IMG/VR virus record: IMGVR_UViG_3300037067_003476
Location: 79,156 to 143,155 of that record
DNA from: a virus
Taxonomy: Duplodnaviria > Caudoviricetes
Direction: 5' to 3' (one strand)
Length of the DNA stretch: 64,000 nt
The notes under the pieces were generated by a model. That model saw nothing but the letters and a program-made list of their open reading frames with translations, was not told where the DNA came from and ran no database searches. The position numbers and the translations under genes are program-made. How positions within the stretch are numbered: position 1 is the stretch's first letter; each line of letters opens with the position of its first letter. Below are positions 23,901-31,868 of the stretch, one piece after another.

Positions 23901-25644
23901 TTCCAGTAAGGCCGTACATAGAAGTCGTTTGATAGTCACTAAACCTAACTGGTGTAAACCACATTGCATTTTCGTCTACCCAAGTATTCAGGGTAGACAA
24001 CTGATTTGTATATGCTAACGGAGTGTTCGCTGTTGAAATTGGCACATATCCAGTATCCTGTGTTCCATGTGATACATATCCACTTCCATCTATTGACGTA
24101 GTAAAATCCCATATTCCGCCACTAACATTAGAGAAATACATTGATAAAAAGTGCTTATCGCCATCATTCAACTGGCCCAATAGATAACTTATCGACGCGT
24201 CATCCCAATATGCAACAGATGTTCCAGATCCCAGCGTTATATGAGTAGGAATAATAGATACTTCATATCCACGACTTATTATAGTTCTTGATGAACCGAC
24301 AGAAGGATTTTGATACCATCCGACTACCGCAACACCTGTTTGCCCGACGGAAGATTTGGGTGCGGAATTAGTGGTCATTATCTTTGCTTCGCGCACTATG
24401 CTCCCAACACATATTCTTCCGATGTTATTTGAGTCGATACATCCAACAACAAATTTATCCCCGTCACATTTTGTTACCAGTAATGTATTACATGCCAGTG
24501 GATAGAATGTATCTGGATTAGACCAGTATACAAGATTATCTACAGAATTTGTTTGTCCTACAGACACAGATCCATATGTTTTTTGAAAGCCAACGACAAC
24601 AGTATCGTTATCTATCTGGATTATAGATGGTTTGGAAAATAGATTATACGAGTATGCGATCTGAGTGTACGAGGTGTCCCATGATAACGACCCACCAGTT
24701 AGGACGCCTCTTCGCGATGCTCCATGCGGCCATGTACCAGAAAACTGACCACGATACCAGCTAATAACTATCCTGTAATTGCCACCGACGGTTGTTCCGG
24801 CGGTTGATATGGCAACATTGGAGACCGGTCCAGAAGAGTCAAAAGTTGTTGCACTACCCCATGAAATAACGTTACCAGCTATTGTTCCTACTTTGGCCTT
24901 ACCGTTATTGCCTGAATTTCCATCTGTATATGCAACTATAACCTGTGCGGATGTTGTTGATGTAATCGCTATGTTAGTTGCAATGCCCGTAGAAAAAAAG
25001 TCTGTAACAGATCCAAAAGAAATATTGGTTCCATCAAAAATACCAACTCTTGACTTACCATGTTCTGAATCGACATTATCTTTGTATACCACAACGAAAC
25101 CACTTGTATGAATTCTGGTAGCATCTAGTGCTGCAAAGTTACCAAACGACGAATAGAATTCTGCTGTGTTTCCCCACGTAATGTCTGTTCCGGAGATAGA
25201 ACATACTCTGACTAGGCCATGTTCGCTAGCAGATCCGTCTTGATAACAGACAATTGCATTGGTGGGTGATAGAGCAATTACTTTTATTTGAGAAGCCGCC
25301 CCTCCACTCAGGAAAGTTGTTACTGCTCCAAACGAAATTGTGTCTCCAGATACAGACCCAATCACGGCCTTGCCGTAATTTCCGTCGTTACTATCAGCGT
25401 AGCAAATCAGTACCCGTGTAGCATCTATGTTACACATTGACGCAGATGATGTGGTTCCTGAGCAAAACACAGCCTGGGGACCAAAGATATTTCTAGCACC
25501 GATGCCAAGAAACGACTGTCCCAAAATACCAGATCCGAACGTGATAGCTCCGCTTAATGCAATGTTGTTTTTGTGGTCATATGGACCCAAAGCCCCATCG
25601 AATCGTGCGTATGATACACATTCATCTGATCTAAGTAATGCCAT
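17974..25644 (-). CDS. Giant virion fibre/appendage protein (beta-propeller-like repeats plus LamG-like domains)
   Basis: 2556 aa; N-terminal ~50-aa repeats (VxYxD...G...G.vSG..IsfGs); several FYHPL...DE..W LamG-like units; Ser-Gly rich. Confidence 0.7.
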   Translation of the reverse strand: MALLRSDECVSYARFDGALGPYDHKNNIALSGAITFGSGILGQSFLGIGARNIFGPQAVFCSGTTSSASMCNIDATRVLICYADSNDGNYGKAVIGSVSGDTISFGAVTTFLSGGAASQIKVIALSPTNAIVCYQDGSASEHGLVRVCSISGTDITWGNTAEFYSSFGNFAALDATRIHTSGFVVVYKDNVDSEHGKSRVGIFDGTNISFGSVTDFFSTGIATNIAITSTTSAQVIVAYTDGNSGNNGKAKVGTIAGNVISWGSATTFDSSGPVSNVAISTAGTTVGGNYRIVISWYRGQFSGTWPHGASRRGVLTGGSLSWDTSYTQIAYSYNLFSKPSIIQIDNDTVVVGFQKTYGSVSVGQTNSVDNLVYWSNPDTFYPLACNTLLVTKCDGDKFVVGCIDSNNIGRICVGSIVREAKIMTTNSAPKSSVGQTGVAVVGWYQNPSVGSSRTIISRGYEVSIIPTHITLGSGTSVAYWDDASISYLLGQLNDGDKHFLSMYFSNVSGGIWDFTTSIDGSGYVSHGTQDTGYVPISTANTPLAYTNQLSTLNTWVDENAMWFTPVRFSDYQTTSMYGLTGSGFNLSSYTDKIEAVYSGIVPFTLYGPTQITGEMPCLVKAEDLPYEISGAVFYHPLNDRKEWIKKQTWYGPGTFVDGQVSGALSFDLSQNFSIPASGAIRMGIAYTIPYIRIAPMDDDRAITLTGGGSQHRWMGIAASGGIVASGIELNTGLTAAACFSLSPLGDDRAFSLSSFGGGNYAFVVKMNPDLSITSGTRFYPTTFGAIRMYPFNTICLRASGGYEQNVVASFLNSTNQTNIYLYTTSGMYVTGRESGTYDGWNYGRALPVVTKIDDSHFILCHGRHNRMNVIRLNDDNSLTYGRDVRDYSMPITCHYSYLLNLGGGSGIWAYPHKINTVNKNAYVPVLLTDTGIKLSDPPESTQYSNLDMGYGFYGHPSYDSTIPDNLMCKIDETSFVTFNNTLVSHQWYWFRNNQSGISVITSGLLSAEPIGGTDDRAGYPTVSNFNPGGALFAWRRLSDNTGVCRFIAIQDSMPISGNLSVFTSNAPKFITAINHGTSGAIICYHDTTDANTLKATYASVSGLSMSFSSPIVYDNGRSDNYSWTQKIINIDTDKFAVFYNNTNGQASYCLLTVSGTSLSCGSGTVFDTSTAGYSLVNLNAINLGNNSLAIFGSKNYSVSGSGFVGITASVSGDTIVFSPTQTTILAYNKYSSSTYSPCWRVSPVYDNNKLYFSWCDNTVLSSEPQGYAIAQLGTIDEDVIGVSGDRIFGRQVDTEAYTELYYGMCKINDNTILNGQCQPGTIAQTYPVWFQPLRIDTSGLTISPILDPTQETQAPGVSNDLAMLSNNRAIYAGYSSTALGFESTCITFDPVSGTVSVGDYLPTSWPISTRPHIVNVGEDRAAYGVVSSLPNNRLHVGWIYAGLSGALVAPNSDQYQSTIGKEQFMLMLWSKNPSISGSTFWVERDVKIQLLDNKVRFGTNTVEWETTELSGLLSTINNGQPHFLIVDIQHSGDGIWSLRTSLDGTTWVDHGVQTSGIELPPSGNSNAQIFMSPEREYAPSIWLDEVYLYAGQKGVDLNTFEIEKAYSLGAIKHIGLDNYGASPASNANSIDLFLKSACPFISSSGAVFYQTYERYFDSQSSGNAHEHILGEGWIPSTTSLAAFTSGVAGSGGLQTSNGTLYWYEPIATTARDRLYNGQNYTMVTWWDCNRGGGLSSDFVGLGQGSPIYHGLTIQSSGTSGFILNAVANGVTYPVNSIQTDINQSKAFVAGRIEFVTGEIIGLLSINGSPWYSGSTPYAGSRNNNSSRYGVYTYIAPGVDRACMVDESILWKDIDRFSQYELNGLYMLGLQGLTIACNSADGFDPIEVSNWAPLFIGSLSKNSEIPLYITGPKCPISFSGLIYYHECNSDNLEWVKGKEWSLSGAIHVPYFIDEGVSVSGGDTGFYSYVDTDYQDPRDLYDLTALCWISGVQHSPIYCDFGWFSGITPVNSVGFQTTGSGVGFVLNSSGVSWSSGTYYALQYNPTIAIVRTEFSGGLATSLVSIDGNAWVDMGQTTISTFDSSGNIIGAKLIQSYPTGELNADELALWGNIDRFTPYELQQLYYLGMHLRKPLYEFHDVFDGSGLHVESSCPLYIYHSEVASGCVDGFVNGHTEYSLSLDLSIPFFTSYSGIPYPLNAIYTHPLDDLREKIIDIDWSGVVAGFVPSDSVSGLQPSSDIGSASGYPSTIGASTLTWHMTALRPLDSGLYISTGRGYTLTTTKEYGSPSYIYLTNSTESGIASWYSSDITSLFDSIEGSKAHCIVFEFTHIIDGNWWMKISTDGRPYVDYGLQNSGSCPLSTIDTDPYVIVSGSHTSAWLDDVIMWTNTNLTNDDLRQFCHGASGSLDYMTLFMNGVPWSSSGSVDLFVSGYVLPPSGASGVYDFTIENLFRTMDYSPQIIGKLDCPASGSVYIEVWYCTDGNNDVVEITNSGCYPIGNTGRWGWSTAYLPDPWPSLKPQYYYRMTASNSNIFEGQFFMNTNMNRNRMPRNASEYTLNI

Positions 25645-25659
25645 TTTGTGGCTCTCCGG

Positions 25660-26040
25660 TTATTGGATGATCATTTCTGTGAAATTGTGATTACAAAAGA
25701 ATTCGTTAAACTCTCTTTCCGAATACGATACTGCCATCGCTGTTCTATTGGATCTCATTGGGAAACCTATATTTTTGAATCGCTTAATTATCGTTGTTGG
25801 ATGTATGCCAAGCAACGTACCTATCTGAGAACATGATAAGCCAAGATTGTAAAGGGTAATAAGTGTGTTATCTGCTATTTTTTTGTTAGCCTCAGATCTG
25901 GATCTAAGTTTAATGCCGCTACTTTGTAGTATCAACCTAATAGTACTCTCGCTTCTTCCGTCTATTTCTGCTATATCAGCGCAGCTTAGTCCGGTATTGT
26001 ATAATCCGACAATCGTGTTATTCAAAAAAGGACTATTCAT
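25660..26040 (-). CDS. Tandem helix-turn-helix DNA-binding protein
   Basis: Two repeats LYN-GLS--IA/IG----S/TTI---L---G---RS; ATG at 26040 is more plausible than GTG 26055, which overlaps the promoter motif. Confidence 0.7.
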   Translation of the reverse strand: MNSPFLNNTIVGLYNTGLSCADIAEIDGRSESTIRLILQSSGIKLRSRSEANKKIADNTLITLYNLGLSCSQIGTLLGIHPTTIIKRFKNIGFPMRSNRTAMAVSYSEREFNEFFCNHNFTEMIIQ

Positions 26041-26047
26041 CACCTTA

Positions 26048-26055
26048 TTATACAC
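26048..26055 (-). promoter_or_regulatory. Putative late promoter motif GTGTATAA
   Basis: Directly abuts the capsid terminator. Confidence 0.6.
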
Positions 26056-26087
26056 AAAAAAAGACCCACCATAATTGATGGGTCTTT
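26056..26087 (-). terminator. Rho-independent terminator after the major capsid gene
   Basis: AAAGACCCA/TGGGTCTTT stem plus T-run on the minus strand. Confidence 0.85.
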
Positions 26088-26116
26088 CTTAACTACTTGG
26101 TTAGTTGATGATTAGA

Positions 26117-27124
26117 TTAGAAGCTACCCAGCAGTACGCGCCGCTCATCCAGGCACGCGAAACCGGCTTCCATCCAACCATAGAGACCAGCCCTACGTCG
26201 ACGATGCAGTGCGGGATCTTCAAACACCGATAGTGGCTCTTTAACTGGCATAACGAACGAATCGTTCTTGCTCAGGTCTAGGCCAACCACGATCTCGGTA
26301 TCTGATGTTCCCATAGAACCACTTAGTACATCATCAAAGTAATTCTGAAACTCTTGATCCTCGCCCAATTCGTCGATATCGTGAAGATTGACGCCGTAGA
26401 TCTGGCTAAGCATACCATCTCGTGCGGTGAAAATCTCTCTACGAGTCACGTCGTCAACATCGTCTTCGTCCCAGTCACGAATGTCTTCGAGCGCTTCTGG
26501 CGAAATGTAGAGGTCAGTCAAACGACCACGATTTTCTGACGCGGAGTTGCCTCCGGCAGTACGCCGCATACTGGTCTTCATAAGACTGACCAGTCGCTTG
26601 GTAAATTGACCCGCAGCAGCAGCGTTATCATAAATCAAGATCCCACGACCAACACCAGCAGCCAGCAAAACTCTCCAGCCATCAGTATTGAGTTTCTTGA
26701 TGAAACCGGCTTCGAGAACCTCCACGGCGCGAGCCACGATATTCCAACGAGCCTGACGACTGTATTTCAGTAGCCAGTCAATCGAATTGCCGATATCGTA
26801 GGTCTGTACGGTCACTAGATCGCCACCAATGTGTCGCTGTGGAACAGCGCCTTCTTGGGGTAGCGAATAAGCAACATAGTCATTTTCCATTCCTGGTTGA
26901 TAGAAATCTAGCGGATATTCTGCGGTAGCACTTGGATCAAGATTCTCTACCGTAAATATATCGCCAAAAATATCGCCAGGAAGGATACCCTGACGCAATG
27001 GTTCCTCCAACGCCTGGGCCAAAGCCCGCATGGCATTGACAGCCTCAGCCTGATCTTGTGAGCCAGTGGCTTTCAGGAGGGCGGTCATCTTTTCGTCTGG
27101 CTTAATAATTTTGTTGTCTTTCAT
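26117..27124 (-). CDS. Major capsid protein (HK97 fold expected)
   Basis: 335 aa; downstream of protease and decoration genes; GGAGG RBS; C-terminal 'GLYGWMEAGFACLD' typical of capsid proteins; terminator follows. Confidence 0.85.
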   Translation of the reverse strand: MKDNKIIKPDEKMTALLKATGSQDQAEAVNAMRALAQALEEPLRQGILPGDIFGDIFTVENLDPSATAEYPLDFYQPGMENDYVAYSLPQEGAVPQRHIGGDLVTVQTYDIGNSIDWLLKYSRQARWNIVARAVEVLEAGFIKKLNTDGWRVLLAAGVGRGILIYDNAAAAGQFTKRLVSLMKTSMRRTAGGNSASENRGRLTDLYISPEALEDIRDWDEDDVDDVTRREIFTARDGMLSQIYGVNLHDIDELGEDQEFQNYFDDVLSGSMGTSDTEIVVGLDLSKNDSFVMPVKEPLSVFEDPALHRRRRAGLYGWMEAGFACLDERRVLLGSF

Positions 27125-27139
27125 TGGTTTTCCCTCCTA

Positions 27140-27610
27140 TTACAGATCAACAAAGACCTTAACGAAACCATCTGGATCTGCGGTCGTTTCGAATTTGCCA
27201 ACGACAACTGAATAGCTACCGGAGGGCATCTCAGTGGCAAAATACCCACTGACACCCAGATATGCATCGCCGCCCGCCGTTGGTGTGCCGGTGATCATAT
27301 CGGTAACAACCCAGCCCTTCCTAATCAGGCAGACCTTTTCGCCTGGAAGAACTTCGCCATTATCAAAGTTCCGGTGGAACCTTGTGGTTGGTGTGTACAC
27401 AGCAACATCTGCTAGCATCACACCCTTGGGGACAGCACCCGACGGATCAGCAGCGTATTCTACTACGTTGTTGGTGTCATCAAGCGATACACCTGATCCG
27501 GCTGTAACCAGACTTGCACAGCCGCCCTTTTCTACTGTTGCGGCGGTATCAGTCCAGAAATAGCTGATGTCATCCATCGCATTGTAGTCGCGATCTGGTT
27601 TTAGAGCCAT
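27140..27610 (-). CDS. Capsid decoration/cement protein
   Basis: 156-aa Gly-rich beta protein between scaffold and capsid; GGAGG RBS. Confidence 0.7.
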   Translation of the reverse strand: MALKPDRDYNAMDDISYFWTDTAATVEKGGCASLVTAGSGVSLDDTNNVVEYAADPSGAVPKGVMLADVAVYTPTTRFHRNFDNGEVLPGEKVCLIRKGWVVTDMITGTPTAGGDAYLGVSGYFATEMPSGSYSVVVGKFETTADPDGFVKVFVDL

Positions 27611-27624
27611 TTCTATTACCTCCC

Positions 27625-28998
27625 TTACTCAATTACACTATTACGTTTTAACAAACATTCAGCGGTTGCCTTGGCAGCTTTGATAACAGATACAGTCTCT
27701 GTCTCACCATTGCCACCTTGCAAGTCCGGTGTTTCCTCTGTCTTGACATCATCAAGAACTTCGGCACTGGTAGAATCATCTGTCTTTTCGGTTTCCGCCT
27801 CTGTTCCTGCATTTGTCTTGGTTTCGCCAGCGTACTTCAGAATCAAAGCAAATGTTTCTTCGCTCATTTCTCGAAGTTCGGCCAATGTTTCAGCCTCATC
27901 AGAAATGCTTTTGACCTTGGCCAGTTCTGCCAGTCTTTGACGCGCTAGTTCATTCTTGCGAATACCAACTAGTTCAGCCTCTGCTGTTTCGGCGCGACCG
28001 GTCACTTCCGCGAGTTGCTTGTCAGACTCTAGAAGCTTAGCACTTACTTCGTCTAGCTTCGTTTGAACATCAACCAATTTGGCCTCAGACTCAGAAACCT
28101 TTTGTGTTAATTCGGCAATCTCAGCATCTTTGGTTTCTAGTGTCTTAGTCACCTCGTCGATTTTGTCCTGAAGAGCCTGCATATCAACGTTCTCTTCAGC
28201 CATAGTTTCCATACCTCCTACTTGTTCGTTTGCGGCAACCTTAGCGGCTACTTCCTTAATAACCGAATCTGGATTGGCAGGGTTACTGACAATACCCTTA
28301 CCAGCAAAAACGATATTCTTCAACACTCTTCCGATACGGATATTCTCGTACAAACCATTGCCACCATAAGCTCTCAAATACTTAGTCAAAAATGAGGTCT
28401 GTTCATTTCTCTCTATAACCTTGCTCTCACCGGTTGTGGGATTAATCATGGCGTATGCGAAATCATCAAACCAAGCCTCCATCGAAACAAAAATCTTGCC
28501 ATTTCTTGCCGCTTCTAAAATAGCCTCAATCTTTTCTCTATACGATGAAAGGTCTTTATATAGAACACCAACGACTTCAAGGTCATATGTCTCTGGTGTG
28601 TTGTCTTCTACTATGTCCGAGCCATCCTTGTTTACTGCCCTGCTGCTTATCATGTGACCAATGATTTCGGCATCCTTGTGTCCAATATTGATAGGCTTAT
28701 GTACTGGACTTTGGCGTGCAGACCAAACTTCTTCTGGCAAAAACACGTCATCGTTTTTGTTCCAGCCGGTGCTAACAAGGATCGATGTTATGTATGCCAA
28801 ATCGGGCTGGTTTATGTCATTCATAACTTCCTGTAAGTCTGCACTTGATAGAAGTTTTCTTATTGTCGTATCAAAATCGCTAGACTCACATTTGTAATCT
28901 GATACACAAACCAATCCATCAACAGAAGCAATGGATTTTTCAATAGAACCACCGATTCCAGCGTCTATCTCTGATTGGTAAACTGGTATTGTGCCCAT
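27625..28998 (-). CDS. Prohead protease fused to coiled-coil scaffold
   Basis: N-terminal NKNDDVF...KPINIGH...VSMEA...F.GKGIV.NPA protease-like motifs; acidic coiled-coil C-terminus. Confidence 0.75.
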   Translation of the reverse strand: MGTIPVYQSEIDAGIGGSIEKSIASVDGLVCVSDYKCESSDFDTTIRKLLSSADLQEVMNDINQPDLAYITSILVSTGWNKNDDVFLPEEVWSARQSPVHKPINIGHKDAEIIGHMISSRAVNKDGSDIVEDNTPETYDLEVVGVLYKDLSSYREKIEAILEAARNGKIFVSMEAWFDDFAYAMINPTTGESKVIERNEQTSFLTKYLRAYGGNGLYENIRIGRVLKNIVFAGKGIVSNPANPDSVIKEVAAKVAANEQVGGMETMAEENVDMQALQDKIDEVTKTLETKDAEIAELTQKVSESEAKLVDVQTKLDEVSAKLLESDKQLAEVTGRAETAEAELVGIRKNELARQRLAELAKVKSISDEAETLAELREMSEETFALILKYAGETKTNAGTEAETEKTDDSTSAEVLDDVKTEETPDLQGGNGETETVSVIKAAKATAECLLKRNSVIE

Positions 28999-29013
28999 AG
29001 TTTCCTCATAGTT

Positions 29014-29021
29014 TTATACAC
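29014..29021 (-). promoter_or_regulatory. Putative late promoter motif GTGTATAA
   Basis: 15 bp upstream of the protease ATG. Confidence 0.6.
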
Positions 29022-29054
29022 ACAACAAGTGCCAATATATTTGATTGTAAGGAT

Positions 29055-29366
29055 TTAACGAGGATTCATGACAAAAGACGCTACGTTGCCAGCTACCTCT
29101 GATGGCGTTTGATCTTTGCGCTGAGCTAGTCCGTGCTCGTTAAGAGATGCATTTGTCTCTTCTGGTTGTGGCAAATACCAGTATGTTACGCGATCAAGAC
29201 CGCTTTCATCTTTATCGTCCTTGCAATATGAAAGACTTAGCCTCGATACACCATCTGCGTCAACATACTTTTCGACCATAAAGCATTTGGCCGCAACAAT
29301 TTGGCCATCAACCGTGATAACACTTTCTCTGCTACTCGTATCAACTGCGATACTAATAATTGCCAT
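29055..29366 (-). CDS. Hypothetical protein
   Basis: 103-aa ORF with GGAGG RBS in the head module. Confidence 0.6.
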   Translation of the reverse strand: MAIISIAVDTSSRESVITVDGQIVAAKCFMVEKYVDADGVSRLSLSYCKDDKDESGLDRVTYWYLPQPEETNASLNEHGLAQRKDQTPSEVAGNVASFVMNPR

Positions 29367-29367
29367 T

Positions 29368-29751
29368 TTAACCTCCCCATTCTTCGGTGTTTAGATCAAA
29401 TTCCCTAATCAATTCTTCCGCCTCTTCCTTATGTGTCTTAAGTAGTGCTTTTGCATGACGAGCAAGGTGTGATTGTGCTCGCTTACGAAACTTAACCGCA
29501 CTTTCTTTAACTGGTTCAACCTGATTCACGCGGGCCAGTGCATTGCGCAGGTGCGGTAGGTCTACCGTGCCGTTATCGTTCGGATCTGTTACTGTCTTTG
29601 AGTGATGTGGTAGGTGACGGCATTTTTGCAGAGTCTTACCATCCTCGTCCTTCTCTGCGCCAGCCTCTACCACAAATGCTTCGTCTGGCCACGATTTATC
29701 GCCAAATAACGCAACTGCCCTATCGAACACCTCAATTATATTCATCGCCAT
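29368..29751 (-). CDS. Head-module protein (RHLPHH...VDLPHLRNALAR domain)
   Basis: Motif resembles a small domain seen in phage head-assembly loci; function unknown. Confidence 0.5.
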   Translation of the reverse strand: MAMNIIEVFDRAVALFGDKSWPDEAFVVEAGAEKDEDGKTLQKCRHLPHHSKTVTDPNDNGTVDLPHLRNALARVNQVEPVKESAVKFRKRAQSHLARHAKALLKTHKEEAEELIREFDLNTEEWGG

Positions 29752-31831
29752 CTCTCTTTATCGCATGTATAGCCCATGCAGTGGACATAAGTCGCCTTCG
29801 CTCTGGTAGTGTTGGTTGCTTGGAAACAATAGACATAAACTCGCTATATAGTTGTCTATATGTTTTATCGATCAACACCACTGTATCATCAGATGTTTTT
29901 GCCAGCGCAGCACTTATTGTTTCGTCTGTAACCCTATCGGTCAGTGATAAACAGCACAATATAGACCATTTAATATTTTCAAGTTCTGTCCGCTGTGCCG
30001 CAGAAGCCTTTCTGATATTACCGATTCCCTTTGACGATAAAAACATAGGGTCTACGCATTTATCGATCTCATCCAAGAAAGTTTCTGCTATATTCTCATA
30101 CACATAACTCAATGTCTTTGGGGTTCTGGTGTCTCTTGGCTTAGTGCTTGGTTGATTAGATGGCCTACCATTTTTCGGCGAAATAGAATCATCTTTAGGC
30201 TGGTCGCCGAATGGATTGTCCCCTCCGCCAGTACCGCCAGATTTGCTTTCTTCTAGCCTAATGGCGTTATCTGTCTGGCGGTCCATAACGCTGAACGGTC
30301 TGTTGTATGGCCCAGCCTTCTCAAGAACCGGCTTCGCCGCATCGCGTAAATCCTGTTCTTCTTTCAATCTCTCTAACTCAATCACAAAGTCGTGACCAAA
30401 TACTTTCAATACAGTTTCTATTGATATAATCCCGCGATCAAGCAACTGTATCACTAGGGCTTTTTCAGCGGCCTCGTCTCGTAAAGACATGGTGCCAAAA
30501 CGAATAGTCGGCATGCGCTTGAATCCCATTGCCTTGGTTACTAGAGTAAGCTCTGTCTCTAGCCATTCCAATGCCTTTGATCGAACGTACTCTAATCTTT
30601 CAACAAGGGTCTTCAGTTGAACAAACGCAGTTTGCCCATTCCTCGTTGCCATATCGGTGCCGCCCAAAAGTGCGTCTGGTACACCGAGCCCCCTAACAAT
30701 ATCCGTATTTACTGACTTATATTTACTGTCTCCAAGAATCTTATCTGTCGGTGGATACTCGACTTGTAAGTCAATCATATCATCCCAAACAATATCCATT
30801 GCACCGCCACCACAATTATTTTGTAGTATACCTATCAACTTAGAAACCGCAGCTTTGGTGGGTAATATCTGCTTATCGGATTTTCCAAGTTTCCAGACAC
30901 GTATGACGTTAATAATTCCATCTAACGCGGCTATGTCGGCTAGCCGCATTTTATCCTTAAGCATGATGTCTTCGAGCACAGAATACAAAAATGGCGTACC
31001 CCAATCATCCCAGTCATCCTTTTTGTAGTACGATACGTATGTTCTTGCGGGATCTAGAACAACTTCGCCCTTCTTGTTTTTAGCCGCTTTGATAATATCT
31101 GACGGTAACTTGTTAGCCAACTCTTTGTCGGCCGCACTTTTCGGATCTGAGATAGCACGACGAAGATCTGGTGATATTGTCATTACAATTGTGTCGTCTC
31201 CATAAAAACGAGCGAGAGTACCACCACCCTTCTTGCAAATAGCCGGAGATATGAATACGTATTTCCATGGAATAATCCACTTATTTAATGCTTTTTTGTC
31301 TTTGGTAACTCTTTCTGGTTTATCAATCTCAATATCATCCTCGGCCCTAACGAACTGCTTACGCGCCGGTTTGGATAAAAACCCAAACTTTCTATGAATA
31401 ATCACATTCCCGTCTCGTAGCATATTCTTCATAAAATCGTGAACGCGATCTTGTAATTTAACGCGTTTCGCCCACTCCTGGAAAAAATGCTGTTGAGCAC
31501 GAACCGGGTGGACTAACTCTATTCCCTCTGAAGCAAAATCGGCCATAAGATCGACGATGTTTCTAACCATACCATTTCGTCTATAAATAGATTGACAACC
31601 TAGAATTATATCCCCGTGCTCTGTCGGAATCCTATCTTCCAAGCGCGAGTTGTCTTTGTCATATCTATTGTACCCAGACCTTTGATGAACACTACTCGAT
31701 GACCCAACGGCTCGTACAATAAACGGATCATCTATGCTACCGGCCTTATTGAAGTCTTTTGTGTACAACCGATTATCCTTAGTTGGTTTAACAACTGGAA
31801 TAGATTTTGTGTCGATCTTTTTCTTGGACAT
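29732..31831 (-). CDS. Portal protein
   Basis: 699 aa directly after TerL; 'VRNIVDLMADF', 'WGTPFL', 'GLGVPDALLG' portal-like motifs. Confidence 0.85.
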   Translation of the reverse strand: MSKKKIDTKSIPVVKPTKDNRLYTKDFNKAGSIDDPFIVRAVGSSSSVHQRSGYNRYDKDNSRLEDRIPTEHGDIILGCQSIYRRNGMVRNIVDLMADFASEGIELVHPVRAQQHFFQEWAKRVKLQDRVHDFMKNMLRDGNVIIHRKFGFLSKPARKQFVRAEDDIEIDKPERVTKDKKALNKWIIPWKYVFISPAICKKGGGTLARFYGDDTIVMTISPDLRRAISDPKSAADKELANKLPSDIIKAAKNKKGEVVLDPARTYVSYYKKDDWDDWGTPFLYSVLEDIMLKDKMRLADIAALDGIINVIRVWKLGKSDKQILPTKAAVSKLIGILQNNCGGGAMDIVWDDMIDLQVEYPPTDKILGDSKYKSVNTDIVRGLGVPDALLGGTDMATRNGQTAFVQLKTLVERLEYVRSKALEWLETELTLVTKAMGFKRMPTIRFGTMSLRDEAAEKALVIQLLDRGIISIETVLKVFGHDFVIELERLKEEQDLRDAAKPVLEKAGPYNRPFSVMDRQTDNAIRLEESKSGGTGGGDNPFGDQPKDDSISPKNGRPSNQPSTKPRDTRTPKTLSYVYENIAETFLDEIDKCVDPMFLSSKGIGNIRKASAAQRTELENIKWSILCCLSLTDRVTDETISAALAKTSDDTVVLIDKTYRQLYSEFMSIVSKQPTLPERRRLMSTAWAIHAIKRDGDEYN

Positions 31832-31868
31832 TGATATCTCCTAGTGTAATTATAGTCCGACTACGGTT

